Origin: Candidatus Limivicinus faecipullorum
GTDB lineage: Bacteria > Bacillota > Clostridia > Oscillospirales > Oscillospiraceae
Length of the DNA stretch: 42,656 nt
Assembly: GCA_018711755.1 (NCBI GenBank)
Contig: DVHY01000170.1
Span: 1-42,656 of the forward strand
Direction of reading: 5' to 3'
Made by a program: the position numbers and the translations under genes
Notes under the pieces: generated by a model
What the model was told of the DNA's origin: nothing
Databases searched by the model: none
What the model saw: the letters and a program-made list of their open reading frames with translations, nothing else
Shown here: one piece after another, positions 6,206-14,354 of the stretch
Position numbering within the stretch: the first letter of the stretch is position 1
How the letters are laid out: each line of letters begins with the position of its first letter

Positions 6206-8650
6206 ATGAATAAGAAAAGCCTGATAGCCTTTGCCGCCACGGCGGCAGCGGTGATAATAATAGCCCTGGCGGCGGCGCTGCTGCCGGGCGGGGGCGAGGG
6301 GGCGCCGGAGCAGCCGGCGGCCACGGCCCGGCCCACGGCCAGCCCCAGCCCGGACCCGGAGGAACTGAGCCGGGGAGCGGGCCAGGTGGTGATAAGCGAA
6401 TTTATGGAGAAGAACCGGAGCACCCTGCGGGACGAGGACGGGGACTTCTCCGACTGGATAGAGCTTTGGAACCGGAGCGATGAGGCGGTGGACATCTCCG
6501 GCTGGAATCTTTCCGACCGGGAAAATCAGCTGGGCTGGACCCTGCCGGAAATGAGCCTCCAGCCGGGAGAGCGGATAGTTATCTTCGCCTCCGGCAAGGA
6601 CCGGCAGGGGGCTGAGCTGCACACCGGCTTCAGCCTCTCCGGGGACGAGGGGGTCTGGCTGCGCAATGAGTACGGCTACCTCTGTTCCTCCGCCCTTTGC
6701 GCCGACTGCGATGGGGACGTATCCATGGCTCTGGGGGACGATGGCAGCTATGGGCAGAGCCTGTACCCCACGCCGGGCTATGAGAACACGGCGGCGGGCT
6801 GGGAGAGCTTCCAGCAGAGCCTGAGCTGTGAAAGCCCCCTTATAATAAACGAGGCTCAGGTGTATAACCTGAACCTTGCCCCGGTGAACAAGGAGTACTA
6901 CGACTGGGTGGAGCTGAAAAACAACAGCGGCGCCGCCCTGCTCCTCTCGGACTATTACATATCCGACGACAGGGACGACTATCTCCGATACCGTCTGCCG
7001 GAGGTGGAGCTGGGCCCCGGGGAGTTCATCCTCCTATACTGCACTTCCGAGGCCCTGCCGGAGGGCTATTACGCCGCCGGCTTTGAGCTGAACTCGGAAA
7101 ACGAGCAGCTGTACCTGGCCACGGCGGAGGGAGAGCTGCTGGACAGCGTCTCCCTGAAGGACATCCCCTATCTGGGCAGCTTCGGCCGCATGGCCGGGGA
7201 GAACGGCTGGTTCTACTTCTCCAGCCCCAGCCCCGGCAGTGAAAACAGCGGCGGGCAGCGCCGGGTGGCGGAAAAGCCTCTGAGCCTGACGGCGGACGGG
7301 GTGTATAACGGTATAGAGGGCATGTATGTGGAGCTCAGTGCCTCCGGCAGCATACGCTATACCCTGGACGGCTCGGCCCCCACGGCGGAGAGCCCGGAGT
7401 ATACCGGACCCATTTACATAGACAAGACCACGGTGATAAGGGCGGTAAACTTTGAGGAAGGCGCTCTGCCCAGCCGGGCAATGAGCCTGAGCTATATAAT
7501 AAACGAGAACCACAGCCTGCCGGTGCTGAGCCTGCTGACGGACAGCCCAGCGGAGTTTGACACCATGTATAACGCCAAGCAGAAGGGCGTGGAGCTGCCC
7601 GCCAGCCTGTCCCTTTACGAGGAGGACGGCAGCTTCACCATAGGCTGCGGGGTGTCCATGCACGGGGAGACCAGCCTGGTGCTGCCGAAGAAGAACATGT
7701 CCGTGCGCTTCCGTGGGGCCTACGGCCAGAGCACGCTGAACTACGACATCTATGACGGGGGCGTGACGGAGTTTACAAATCTTCTGCTGCGCTCGGGGCA
7801 GGACTTCCCCATATCCATTATAAGAAACGAGCTGAGCCAGGAGCTGTGCGCCCAGGCTACGGACAAGGTGATAAACCAGCGCAGCATCTACTGCATACTG
7901 TACATAAACGGGGAGTACTCCGGCATCTACACTCTGAAGGAGAAGGCCAACGAGCAGCTCTACGCGGGCATAGCCGGGGTGAGCCGGGACAGCGTGGAGG
8001 TGCTGGAGGCAAACGTGTCCCAGGGCTCGGATTTTTTCCATGAAGTGGTGGAGTTCTGCCGCTTCAACGACATGAGCCAGGAGGAGAACTACAGTCACTT
8101 CTGCCACATGTTCGATATAGACAGCGTCATCGACTGGCTGATACTGGAGGGCTACTGCGCCAATACGGACCTGACTTCCGGCAATGTGCGCTACTGCCGC
8201 TCCACGGAGAACGACGGGAAATGGCGGCTGATGTTCTACGACCTGGACGCCAGCTTTTCCACGCCCGCCAGCGTGTTCATGAACGTGCTCAGCGAATACG
8301 CCCAGCAGAACCGGCAGTTTGCCAGCTTCATGGTGCCCCTGATGGATAATGGGGAATTCAAGGACCGCTTCCTCAGCCGGGCGGCGGAGCTGATGGGGAG
8401 CGTGCTGACGGTGGAGAACGTGATGGGGGAGATAGACCGGCTCTGCGCCATAGTCGCCCCGGAGGTGGAGCGGGACTATGCCCGCTTCGGGGGTACGGCG
8501 GCGGACTGGGAGTGGTCGGTGGAGCAGCTGAAGGCGGTGCTCATCGACTACGACTGGCAGCAGCTGAATATAGACAATCTCTGCGAGCTCTTTGACCTGA
8601 GCTCAGAGGAGCGGGAACATTATTTCGGAGAGATAGACGGACGGCAATGA
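6206..8650 (+). CDS. membrane-anchored CotH-family kinase with two lamin-tail domains and a chitobiase-C-like module
   Basis: - N-terminal hydrophobic anchor followed by a Pro/Ala linker.
- Two LTD-like segments (ISEFMEKN..DWIELWN..ISGWNLSD and IINEAQVYN..YDWVELKNNS..LSDYYISD).
- IRYTLDGSAPT..IRAV, a CHB_HEX_C-like module.
- The C-terminal ~370 aa are CotH-like (LLLRSGQDF..IRNELS..YINGEYSGIYTLKEK..FYDLD). Confidence 0.85.
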   Translation: MNKKSLIAFAATAAAVIIIALAAALLPGGGEGAPEQPAATARPTASPSPDPEELSRGAGQVVISEFMEKNRSTLRDEDGDFSDWIELWNRSDEAVDISGWNLSDRENQLGWTLPEMSLQPGERIVIFASGKDRQGAELHTGFSLSGDEGVWLRNEYGYLCSSALCADCDGDVSMALGDDGSYGQSLYPTPGYENTAAGWESFQQSLSCESPLIINEAQVYNLNLAPVNKEYYDWVELKNNSGAALLLSDYYISDDRDDYLRYRLPEVELGPGEFILLYCTSEALPEGYYAAGFELNSENEQLYLATAEGELLDSVSLKDIPYLGSFGRMAGENGWFYFSSPSPGSENSGGQRRVAEKPLSLTADGVYNGIEGMYVELSASGSIRYTLDGSAPTAESPEYTGPIYIDKTTVIRAVNFEEGALPSRAMSLSYIINENHSLPVLSLLTDSPAEFDTMYNAKQKGVELPASLSLYEEDGSFTIGCGVSMHGETSLVLPKKNMSVRFRGAYGQSTLNYDIYDGGVTEFTNLLLRSGQDFPISIIRNELSQELCAQATDKVINQRSIYCILYINGEYSGIYTLKEKANEQLYAGIAGVSRDSVEVLEANVSQGSDFFHEVVEFCRFNDMSQEENYSHFCHMFDIDSVIDWLILEGYCANTDLTSGNVRYCRSTENDGKWRLMFYDLDASFSTPASVFMNVLSEYAQQNRQFASFMVPLMDNGEFKDRFLSRAAELMGSVLTVENVMGEIDRLCAIVAPEVERDYARFGGTAADWEWSVEQLKAVLIDYDWQQLNIDNLCELFDLSSEEREHYFGEIDGRQ

Positions 8651-9369
8651 ACGAGACGCAGCTGAGCTTCAAGCGTTATGAAAAGAAATATCTGCTGTCC
8701 CGGGAAAAGTACGGGCAGCTGTGGCGGGGGCTGGAGCCCCGGCTGGAGCCGGACCGCTTTTTTGAGAGCACGGTGCTGAGCCTGTACTACGACTGGGACG
8801 ATTTCCGCCTGATACGCAGCTCCATCGAGCAGCCGGTGTACAAGGAAAAGCTGCGCCTGCGCAGCTACAACGTGCCCGGGGCGGAGGACCAGGTCTTTGT
8901 GGAGCTGAAGAAGAAGTACAAGGGCATAGTGTATAAGCGCCGGGTCCGGATGCGGGAGCGGGAAGCGGAGGAGTATCTGGCGGGAGGGGGGAGCCCCCTG
9001 GCCGCCGACCAGATAAGCCGGGAGATAGACTGGTTTTTAAAGACCAACCCGGTGCGGCCCAAGGTGCTCATCGCCTGTGACCGCCGGGCCTATGTGGGCC
9101 GGGAGGAGCCGGGGCTGCGGCTGACCTTTGACAGCTCCATCCGCTGGCGGGACACCCAGCTGAGCCTCACCGCCGGGGACTTCGGCCGGGAGCTTTTGGA
9201 GGAGGGGCAGGTGCTCATGGAGATAAAGATGCCGGAGTCGGCCCCCCTGTGGCTGGCGGAGCTGCTCAGCAGCCTGGAGATCTTCCCCCGGAGCTTTTCC
9301 AAATACGGCCAGTGCTATAAAAACGAACTGATAGAAAAATACTTTGACGGAGTGATGGTAATTGCTTAA
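8647..9369 (+). CDS. VTC-domain protein (polyphosphate-polymerase-like triphosphate tunnel fold)
   Basis: It starts SFKRYEKKYLL and has alternating charged strands (KLRLRSY, VELKKKYKGIVYKRRV, RLTFDSSIRWR, VLMEIKMP). There is no signal peptide. The start forms an ATGA overlap with the CotH stop. Confidence 0.85.
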   Translation: MNETQLSFKRYEKKYLLSREKYGQLWRGLEPRLEPDRFFESTVLSLYYDWDDFRLIRSSIEQPVYKEKLRLRSYNVPGAEDQVFVELKKKYKGIVYKRRVRMREREAEEYLAGGGSPLAADQISREIDWFLKTNPVRPKVLIACDRRAYVGREEPGLRLTFDSSIRWRDTQLSLTAGDFGRELLEEGQVLMEIKMPESAPLWLAELLSSLEIFPRSFSKYGQCYKNELIEKYFDGVMVIA

Positions 9370-10039
9370 CCAACTGATAACCGACAGCGTGATAAACGGC
9401 GTGATCACCCTGCCCAGCTTTTTCATCTGCGTGCTGACGGCTCTGGCCCTGGGCTTGCTGACGGCCCTGGTCTTCACCGCCTACAGCTACCATACCGGCT
9501 CCCTGGCCATATCCCTGGCCCTGCTGCCCCCGGTGGTGGCGGTGGTCATCATGCTGGTCAACGGCAACGTGGGGGCGGGCCTGGCGGTGGCGGGCACCTT
9601 CGCTCTGGTGCGCTTTCGCAGCGTCCCCGGCTCCGCCCGGGAGATAACGGGGCTGTTCATGTCCGTGGCCCTGGGCCTGGCCTGCGGCATGGGTTATGTG
9701 GGCCTGGCGGCGCTGTTTTTCCTTGTGATGGCCGCCGCGGTGCTGATTCTGGGCCGCCTCCGCTTCGGGGAGGGGAGCCGCGCTAACCGGCAGCTGAAGA
9801 TAACCATCCCGGAGAACCTGGATTACGAGACCCTTTTTGACGACCTGTTTGAGAAATACACTCTCAGCCACGAGCTGGTGCGGGTGAAGACCAGCAACAT
9901 GGGCACCCTCTACGAGCTGTGCTACGAGGTGCGGCTGAAAGAGGCGGGGATAAGCAAGGCCTTTCTGGACGAGATACGCTGCCGCAACGGCAACCTCACC
10001 GTCATCTGCGGCCGGGAGAAAGAGGTGGAGACCATATGA
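9362..10039 (+). CDS. DUF4956-like membrane protein (4 TM plus soluble C-terminal domain)
   Basis: The TTG start overlaps the VTC gene by 8 nt. Hydrophobic segments are followed by VRFRSVPGSAREI and a ~95-aa soluble tail. Confidence 0.8.
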   Translation: MLNQLITDSVINGVITLPSFFICVLTALALGLLTALVFTAYSYHTGSLAISLALLPPVVAVVIMLVNGNVGAGLAVAGTFALVRFRSVPGSAREITGLFMSVALGLACGMGYVGLAALFFLVMAAAVLILGRLRFGEGSRANRQLKITIPENLDYETLFDDLFEKYTLSHELVRVKTSNMGTLYELCYEVRLKEAGISKAFLDEIRCRNGNLTVICGREKEVETI

Positions 10040-11226
10040 AAAAGACCCTGGCCCCGGCCCTGCTGCTGAGCCTGTGCCTGGCCCTGGCCGGGTGCAGCGG
10101 CGGCGCCGGCGTCCCCGGAGAGGAATTGACGGAGCTGGAACAGCTGGGGGCCGCCGCCACGGTTATAAGCCTGGAGGGCGGCACGGCGGAGATAGAGGGC
10201 CCGGGTGCTTCTTTTGAAAACGGCCTTGTCACCCTCAGCACCGGGGGCAGCTTTCTTATCCGGGGCAGCCTGGAAAACGGCCGCATCCTGGTGGACACCG
10301 GGGAGACCAAGCAGGAGGTGGAGCTCATCCTGGAATCGGTGAGCATCCACTGTGAAAATGACGCCGCCTTGTATGTGGAGCGGGCGGAAAAGACCCGGAT
10401 ATACGTGAAGGAGGGAGAGCCCAGCCGCCTCAGCTCCGGCGCTCCGAGGACGGACAGCCAGGTCCTCACCGAAGCCAGCGGCGCCGCGGTCTACGGGGAG
10501 GACGACCTGGACTTCATGGGCCCCGGCACCCTTATAATAGAAGGTAACATCAATAACGGCATAGGCTGCAAAAACGACGTGGATATAAACGGCGGCGAGC
10601 TGAAGATCAGCGCCGCGAACCACGGTATAAAGGGCAACGAGTCGGTGGATATAAAGGGCGGCCAAGTGAGCATCAGCTGCCTTAACGACGGCCTGAAGAC
10701 CGACGACGCGGAGAAAGAAGGCAAAGGCTCGGTGAATATCACCGGGGGCGCCCTGAATATCAGCTCCCAGGATCAGGGCATCAGCTCCATAAAGGATATC
10801 AACATCACCGGCGGTGAGGTGAATATCGTCTCCCAGAGGGACGGGCTGAATGCCGACAAGGAGCTGGGCGGCTCCGTGAATATAAGCGGCGGCAGCGTGT
10901 TCATAAGCTCCGGCAACGACGCCATAGACGCCTCCGGCGGGGTGCTGAGCATCAGCGGCGGCAGCCTGTTGGCCCTGGGCAAGGACAAGGATATCAAGGC
11001 CGCAGTGGAAGCCTCCATCCCCTGCTATGCAGGGAGCCTGAAGCTGGCGGAGGGGGAGACTCTGGAACTCCGCAGAGCCAGCGGAGAGAGCCTGGTAAGT
11101 CAGAGCGCCTGGGAGATAAAGACCGCCTATATCGCCCTGGCAGACGCCTCCGACGGTGAGGAGCTGGAGCTCTTCATTGGCAGCGGAGAGGAGCGGGAGA
11201 GCCGGGGGAGCATTACTCTTGACTAA
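10036..11226 (+). CDS. Cthe_2159-like carbohydrate-binding beta-helix lipoprotein
   Basis: The track ORF is trimmed to ATG 10036, which forms an ATGA overlap with the upstream stop. The signal peptide MKKTLAPALLLSLCLALAGC ends in a lipobox. The C-terminal part contains six V(D/N)I.GG...I repeats. Confidence 0.75.
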   Translation: MKKTLAPALLLSLCLALAGCSGGAGVPGEELTELEQLGAAATVISLEGGTAEIEGPGASFENGLVTLSTGGSFLIRGSLENGRILVDTGETKQEVELILESVSIHCENDAALYVERAEKTRIYVKEGEPSRLSSGAPRTDSQVLTEASGAAVYGEDDLDFMGPGTLIIEGNINNGIGCKNDVDINGGELKISAANHGIKGNESVDIKGGQVSISCLNDGLKTDDAEKEGKGSVNITGGALNISSQDQGISSIKDINITGGEVNIVSQRDGLNADKELGGSVNISGGSVFISSGNDAIDASGGVLSISGGSLLALGKDKDIKAAVEASIPCYAGSLKLAEGETLELRRASGESLVSQSAWEIKTAYIALADASDGEELELFIGSGEERESRGSITLD

Positions 11227-11250
11227 GAAAAGCCGATAACAAAACAAGAA

Positions 11251-11277
11251 AAGCGAGCCGGATTTCGGCTCGCTTTT
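11251..11277. terminator. bidirectional intrinsic terminator between the CotH operon and the GNAT gene
   Basis: The stem is GCGAGCCG/CGGCTCGC (11253-11260 with 11266-11273). It is flanked by an A-run upstream and TTTT downstream. Confidence 0.6.
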
Positions 11278-11296
11278 GCATGTATCAGTTATAGAT

Positions 11297-11776
11297 TCAC
11301 TTGTTTTCCAGCCCACGGAGACTGTCGCCGGCAAGGCGGTAGACTGTCCAGTCCTCCATGGGTGTGGCGTCCAGAGAGAGGTAAAAATCTATGCTGGGTT
11401 TGTTCCAGTCCAGGCAGGCCCATTCCAGACGCCCGCAGCCGCGCTCCCGGGCTATGCGCCCCAGCTGCTGCAAGGTGGCCTTGCCATAGCCCTTGCCCCG
11501 GTGCTCAGGCTTTATGAACAGGTCCTCCAGATAGAGCCCGGCCCGGCCCAGGAAGGTGGAGAAATTGTGGAAGAAGAGGGCAAAGCCAACTTCCTCCCCG
11601 TCCACTACAGGGAAGATGACCTCGGCCTTTCCCTTTTCAAATATCCACTCCCTCAGCAGCTCCTCCGTGGCCACCACCTGGTCCGGCATCTTCTCGTATT
11701 CTGCCAGGGCCTTTATAAAGGAGAGGATAAGGGGGCAGTCCTCAGGGGAGGCGAAACGAAAGCTGATATCCTTCAT
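11297..11776 (-). CDS. GNAT-family N-acetyltransferase (diamine/SSAT-like)
   Basis: The 159-aa protein has the acetyl-CoA motif KPEHRGKGYGKATL. The overall layout matches spermidine/spermine-type GNATs. Confidence 0.85.
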   Translation of the reverse strand: MKDISFRFASPEDCPLILSFIKALAEYEKMPDQVVATEELLREWIFEKGKAEVIFPVVDGEEVGFALFFHNFSTFLGRAGLYLEDLFIKPEHRGKGYGKATLQQLGRIARERGCGRLEWACLDWNKPSIDFYLSLDATPMEDWTVYRLAGDSLRGLENK

Positions 11777-11787
11777 GCCCGGCCTCC

Positions 11788-12990
11788 TCAGGAGTAGCTG
11801 GCATAGATGTCGGAGTAATCCCGCACCATGTCGTCCCCTTCGTAGGTGCCCAGTATCTTGCTCATGGCCCGGTCGTATTCCTCGGTGCCCGGCTCATAGG
11901 GGGTGGGCTTGTAGTCGTTGTAGTTGTCCACATTGTTTGCAGCCCCCTCCAGGTCGCTGGACACACAGCAGGGGATGATCTCATAGCTGTCGTTGTGGAT
12001 GCTGCCGTCGCCGTCCCGGCGTATCTTCAGCTGGAAGATGGCGGTGTCCGGGTCGGTGGGCTTGGTGCTGCCGCCGAAGCTCCAGTTGCCCATGGAGTAG
12101 AGGATGATGCCGTCCTTATACTCCTCCAGGGGCTGGAGACAGTGGGAGTGGCTGCCGTAGATCAGGTCGGCCCCGGCGTCTATGCAGGCGTGGGCCAGCT
12201 CCACCTGGGCGTCGGTGGGCCGGTATTTCAGCTCGCTGCCCCAGTGGAACATGCACACTATGTAATCCACGCCCTGGCTCTCAAAGTCGGCAATGGCGGC
12301 CAGGGCCTTGTCCTTGTCGGGGATGTTGGTGCTGCCGGTGCCTATGGAGTCCCCGTCCCCGGCGGTGTAGATGCCCATCTTTATGCCGCTGGGGGTGGTG
12401 ATGACCTGGGACTGCTCGTCCTCGCCGTAGGCCATGCCTATGCCGTCCAGGGCGGCCTTGGTGTCCTCCAGCCCGGCGTCGTTAAAGTCCATGGTGTGGT
12501 TGTTGGCTATGGTGACGAAGTCCACTCCGCCTTCCGGCAGTATCTGTATCCACTCGGCAGGGCAGAGGAAATAGAACTGGGCGTAGATGGAGTTTTGCAG
12601 CTTCTTATCGGAGAAGCTGCACTCCAGGTTCCCCAGGGTCAGCTCGTCGCCGGAGAAGTACTGGACGGTGTTGGCAAAGGGGTAACTGTAGTCCCCGTTC
12701 ATCTTGGAGGCATAGTGGGCGGAACTCTGCTCAGAGAAATACTGGTTGGTGGTAAGGGTCATGTCTCCGATGCAGGAGATGGTGAAGTACTCCGGCTCCG
12801 GCTCGGGGGTGGGCTCCGGCGTGGGGGTGGGGGAGCTCTCCGCCGCCAGGGTGTCCACCGTCTCATTGCTGCTGTCGTCGGCAGCGGCCTCCGGTATTAT
12901 GGTCAGAGCCAGATCCAGTCTTGCCTTGGATATAAAGACCAGGGTCAGGCACAGCAGGGCCAGAATGATGACTTGCAGAACTCTTTTCAT
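11788..12990 (-). CDS. CapA-family (PGA_cap metallophosphatase-like) exported protein
   Basis: The track ORF is trimmed to MKRVLQVIILALLCL, a signal/anchor sequence. CapA-type motifs are present: ISCIGDMTL, ANNHTMDF, MFHWGSE and GSHSHCLQP. Confidence 0.8.
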   Translation of the reverse strand: MKRVLQVIILALLCLTLVFISKARLDLALTIIPEAAADDSSNETVDTLAAESSPTPTPEPTPEPEPEYFTISCIGDMTLTTNQYFSEQSSAHYASKMNGDYSYPFANTVQYFSGDELTLGNLECSFSDKKLQNSIYAQFYFLCPAEWIQILPEGGVDFVTIANNHTMDFNDAGLEDTKAALDGIGMAYGEDEQSQVITTPSGIKMGIYTAGDGDSIGTGSTNIPDKDKALAAIADFESQGVDYIVCMFHWGSELKYRPTDAQVELAHACIDAGADLIYGSHSHCLQPLEEYKDGIILYSMGNWSFGGSTKPTDPDTAIFQLKIRRDGDGSIHNDSYEIIPCCVSSDLEGAANNVDNYNDYKPTPYEPGTEEYDRAMSKILGTYEGDDMVRDYSDIYASYS

Positions 12991-13050
12991 ATCTCTTGTC
13001 CTCGTCCTCCGGCGAAGCTGCGGGAGCGGCCGGAGCATATGTAAATATAA

Positions 13051-13080
13051 ATTATATCTCTCGCCAGAATAAGACGGCAA
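13051..13080 (-). promoter_or_regulatory. possible promoter for the CapA gene
   Basis: On the minus strand: TTGCCG, an 18-nt spacer, then TATAAT. It lies just after the acyltransferase stop. Confidence 0.3.
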
Positions 13081-13084
13081 AAAG

Positions 13085-14101
13085 CTACAATAGTTTCCGC
13101 ACCAGGGGCATCTTTTTTGCAGCCAAGGCCAACAGCGTACACACCAAGGCCAGCAAGGCTGTGAAGCCCAGCACGCTGAGCACCGGCCTGTCCAGACTCA
13201 TGTTGAGCCCCAAAAGCTGGAGAATGTTTATCAGCATGGGGTGGAGCAGGTATATACCCAGGGTGGCGTCGGCCAGGGCGGCCCAGGCTTTGGGATGGCG
13301 GAATTCCCGCCCCTTCAGGGCCTGGAAGAAGCAGAAGATCATGGTGGCCTGGATGAGGCTGGGCAGGGAGAAATAGCTGAAGAGCCAGCCGTCGGCCACC
13401 TGCTTGTAGTTGGAGTACCAGATGTTGCCCCAGGTGGTGAGGGCCGTCACCGCCAGGAACACCGCCGGGGCGATGAGGAGCCAGACTTTTTTAAACTCCC
13501 TGCCGCTGAGCCAGTAGCCCCAGACGGCGTAGCCCAGATAGGGCAGGTAGTCGAAGGAGAAGTTCAGGGTTATACGGTAGAGTATGGGGGCGGTGTCCGG
13601 GGTGAGGTTGAAGTTTGCAAAGAGTATGGACACGCCGAAAAAGAGGAAGAGCAGATAGCCTGTGGGCAGGCCGCCCCGGTGGATGGCGGCGTGGGCCGCC
13701 GGGAGAAAGAGGCAGCAGAGCACCATGGCCGTGAGGAACCACAGGTGGTAGTGACCCTGGACAAAGGAATAGACAAAGTCGTAGAGGCTGCCGAAGCTGC
13801 CGGAGGCCAGGCGGCTCAAAAGGGCATAGGCCAAAGACCAGAAGCAGAAGAGGAGCAGCAGCCGCAATGGGTGCCTTATAAGGAAAGACTTCAGCTCCAG
13901 CTTTTCCCGGGAGAGGAAGAGGGCCCCGGTGAGCATGAAGAACACCGGCACGCCGCCCCGCAGCATGGTGCTTATGAAGCTGAGGGACAGGAAGGCCGGG
14001 GAGTCCAGGGGGCAGATATGGTACAGCTCTGCGCTGGTGTGTATAAATAGGACCATAAGGCAGGCCGTGATACGGCACAGGTCCAGTTCAGTTCGTCTCA
14101 T
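13085..14101 (-). CDS. acyltransferase-3 (AT3) family integral membrane acyltransferase
   Basis: The protein has about 10 hydrophobic segments. The N-terminal DLCRITACLMVLFIHT (His in TM1) is typical of AT3. Confidence 0.8.
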   Translation of the reverse strand: MRRTELDLCRITACLMVLFIHTSAELYHICPLDSPAFLSLSFISTMLRGGVPVFFMLTGALFLSREKLELKSFLIRHPLRLLLLFCFWSLAYALLSRLASGSFGSLYDFVYSFVQGHYHLWFLTAMVLCCLFLPAAHAAIHRGGLPTGYLLFLFFGVSILFANFNLTPDTAPILYRITLNFSFDYLPYLGYAVWGYWLSGREFKKVWLLIAPAVFLAVTALTTWGNIWYSNYKQVADGWLFSYFSLPSLIQATMIFCFFQALKGREFRHPKAWAALADATLGIYLLHPMLINILQLLGLNMSLDRPVLSVLGFTALLALVCTLLALAAKKMPLVRKLL

Positions 14102-14354
14102 TTGTCTGTGTGTCCTTTTCAGAGATGAGCTCCAGCTTTTCCCGGCGGCTGAGGGCCTTTATCTGCCGCTCCCGGCTCATGGCCTCATGGGGGCCGGGGA
14201 GGCTCTCATAATAGACCAGCTCCACCGGCAGATGGGAGCGGGTGTATTTGCCGCCTTTGCCGGAGGCGTGGGCGGCCAGGCGCTTTTTCAGGTCCTTGGT
14301 CCAGCCGGTGTAGAGGCTGCCGTCGCCGCAGCGGAGGATGTAGACCCAGTTCAC
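14088..14354 (-). CDS. GIY-YIG nuclease-family small protein
   Basis: VYILRCGDGSLYTGWTKDLKKRLAAH..GKGGKYT is a GIY-YIG signature. The GTG start overlaps the DUF951 stop (GTGA), and the 3' end overlaps the AT3 gene by 14 nt. Confidence 0.85.
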   Translation of the reverse strand: MNWVYILRCGDGSLYTGWTKDLKKRLAAHASGKGGKYTRSHLPVELVYYESLPGPHEAMSRERQIKALSRREKLELISEKDTQTNETN

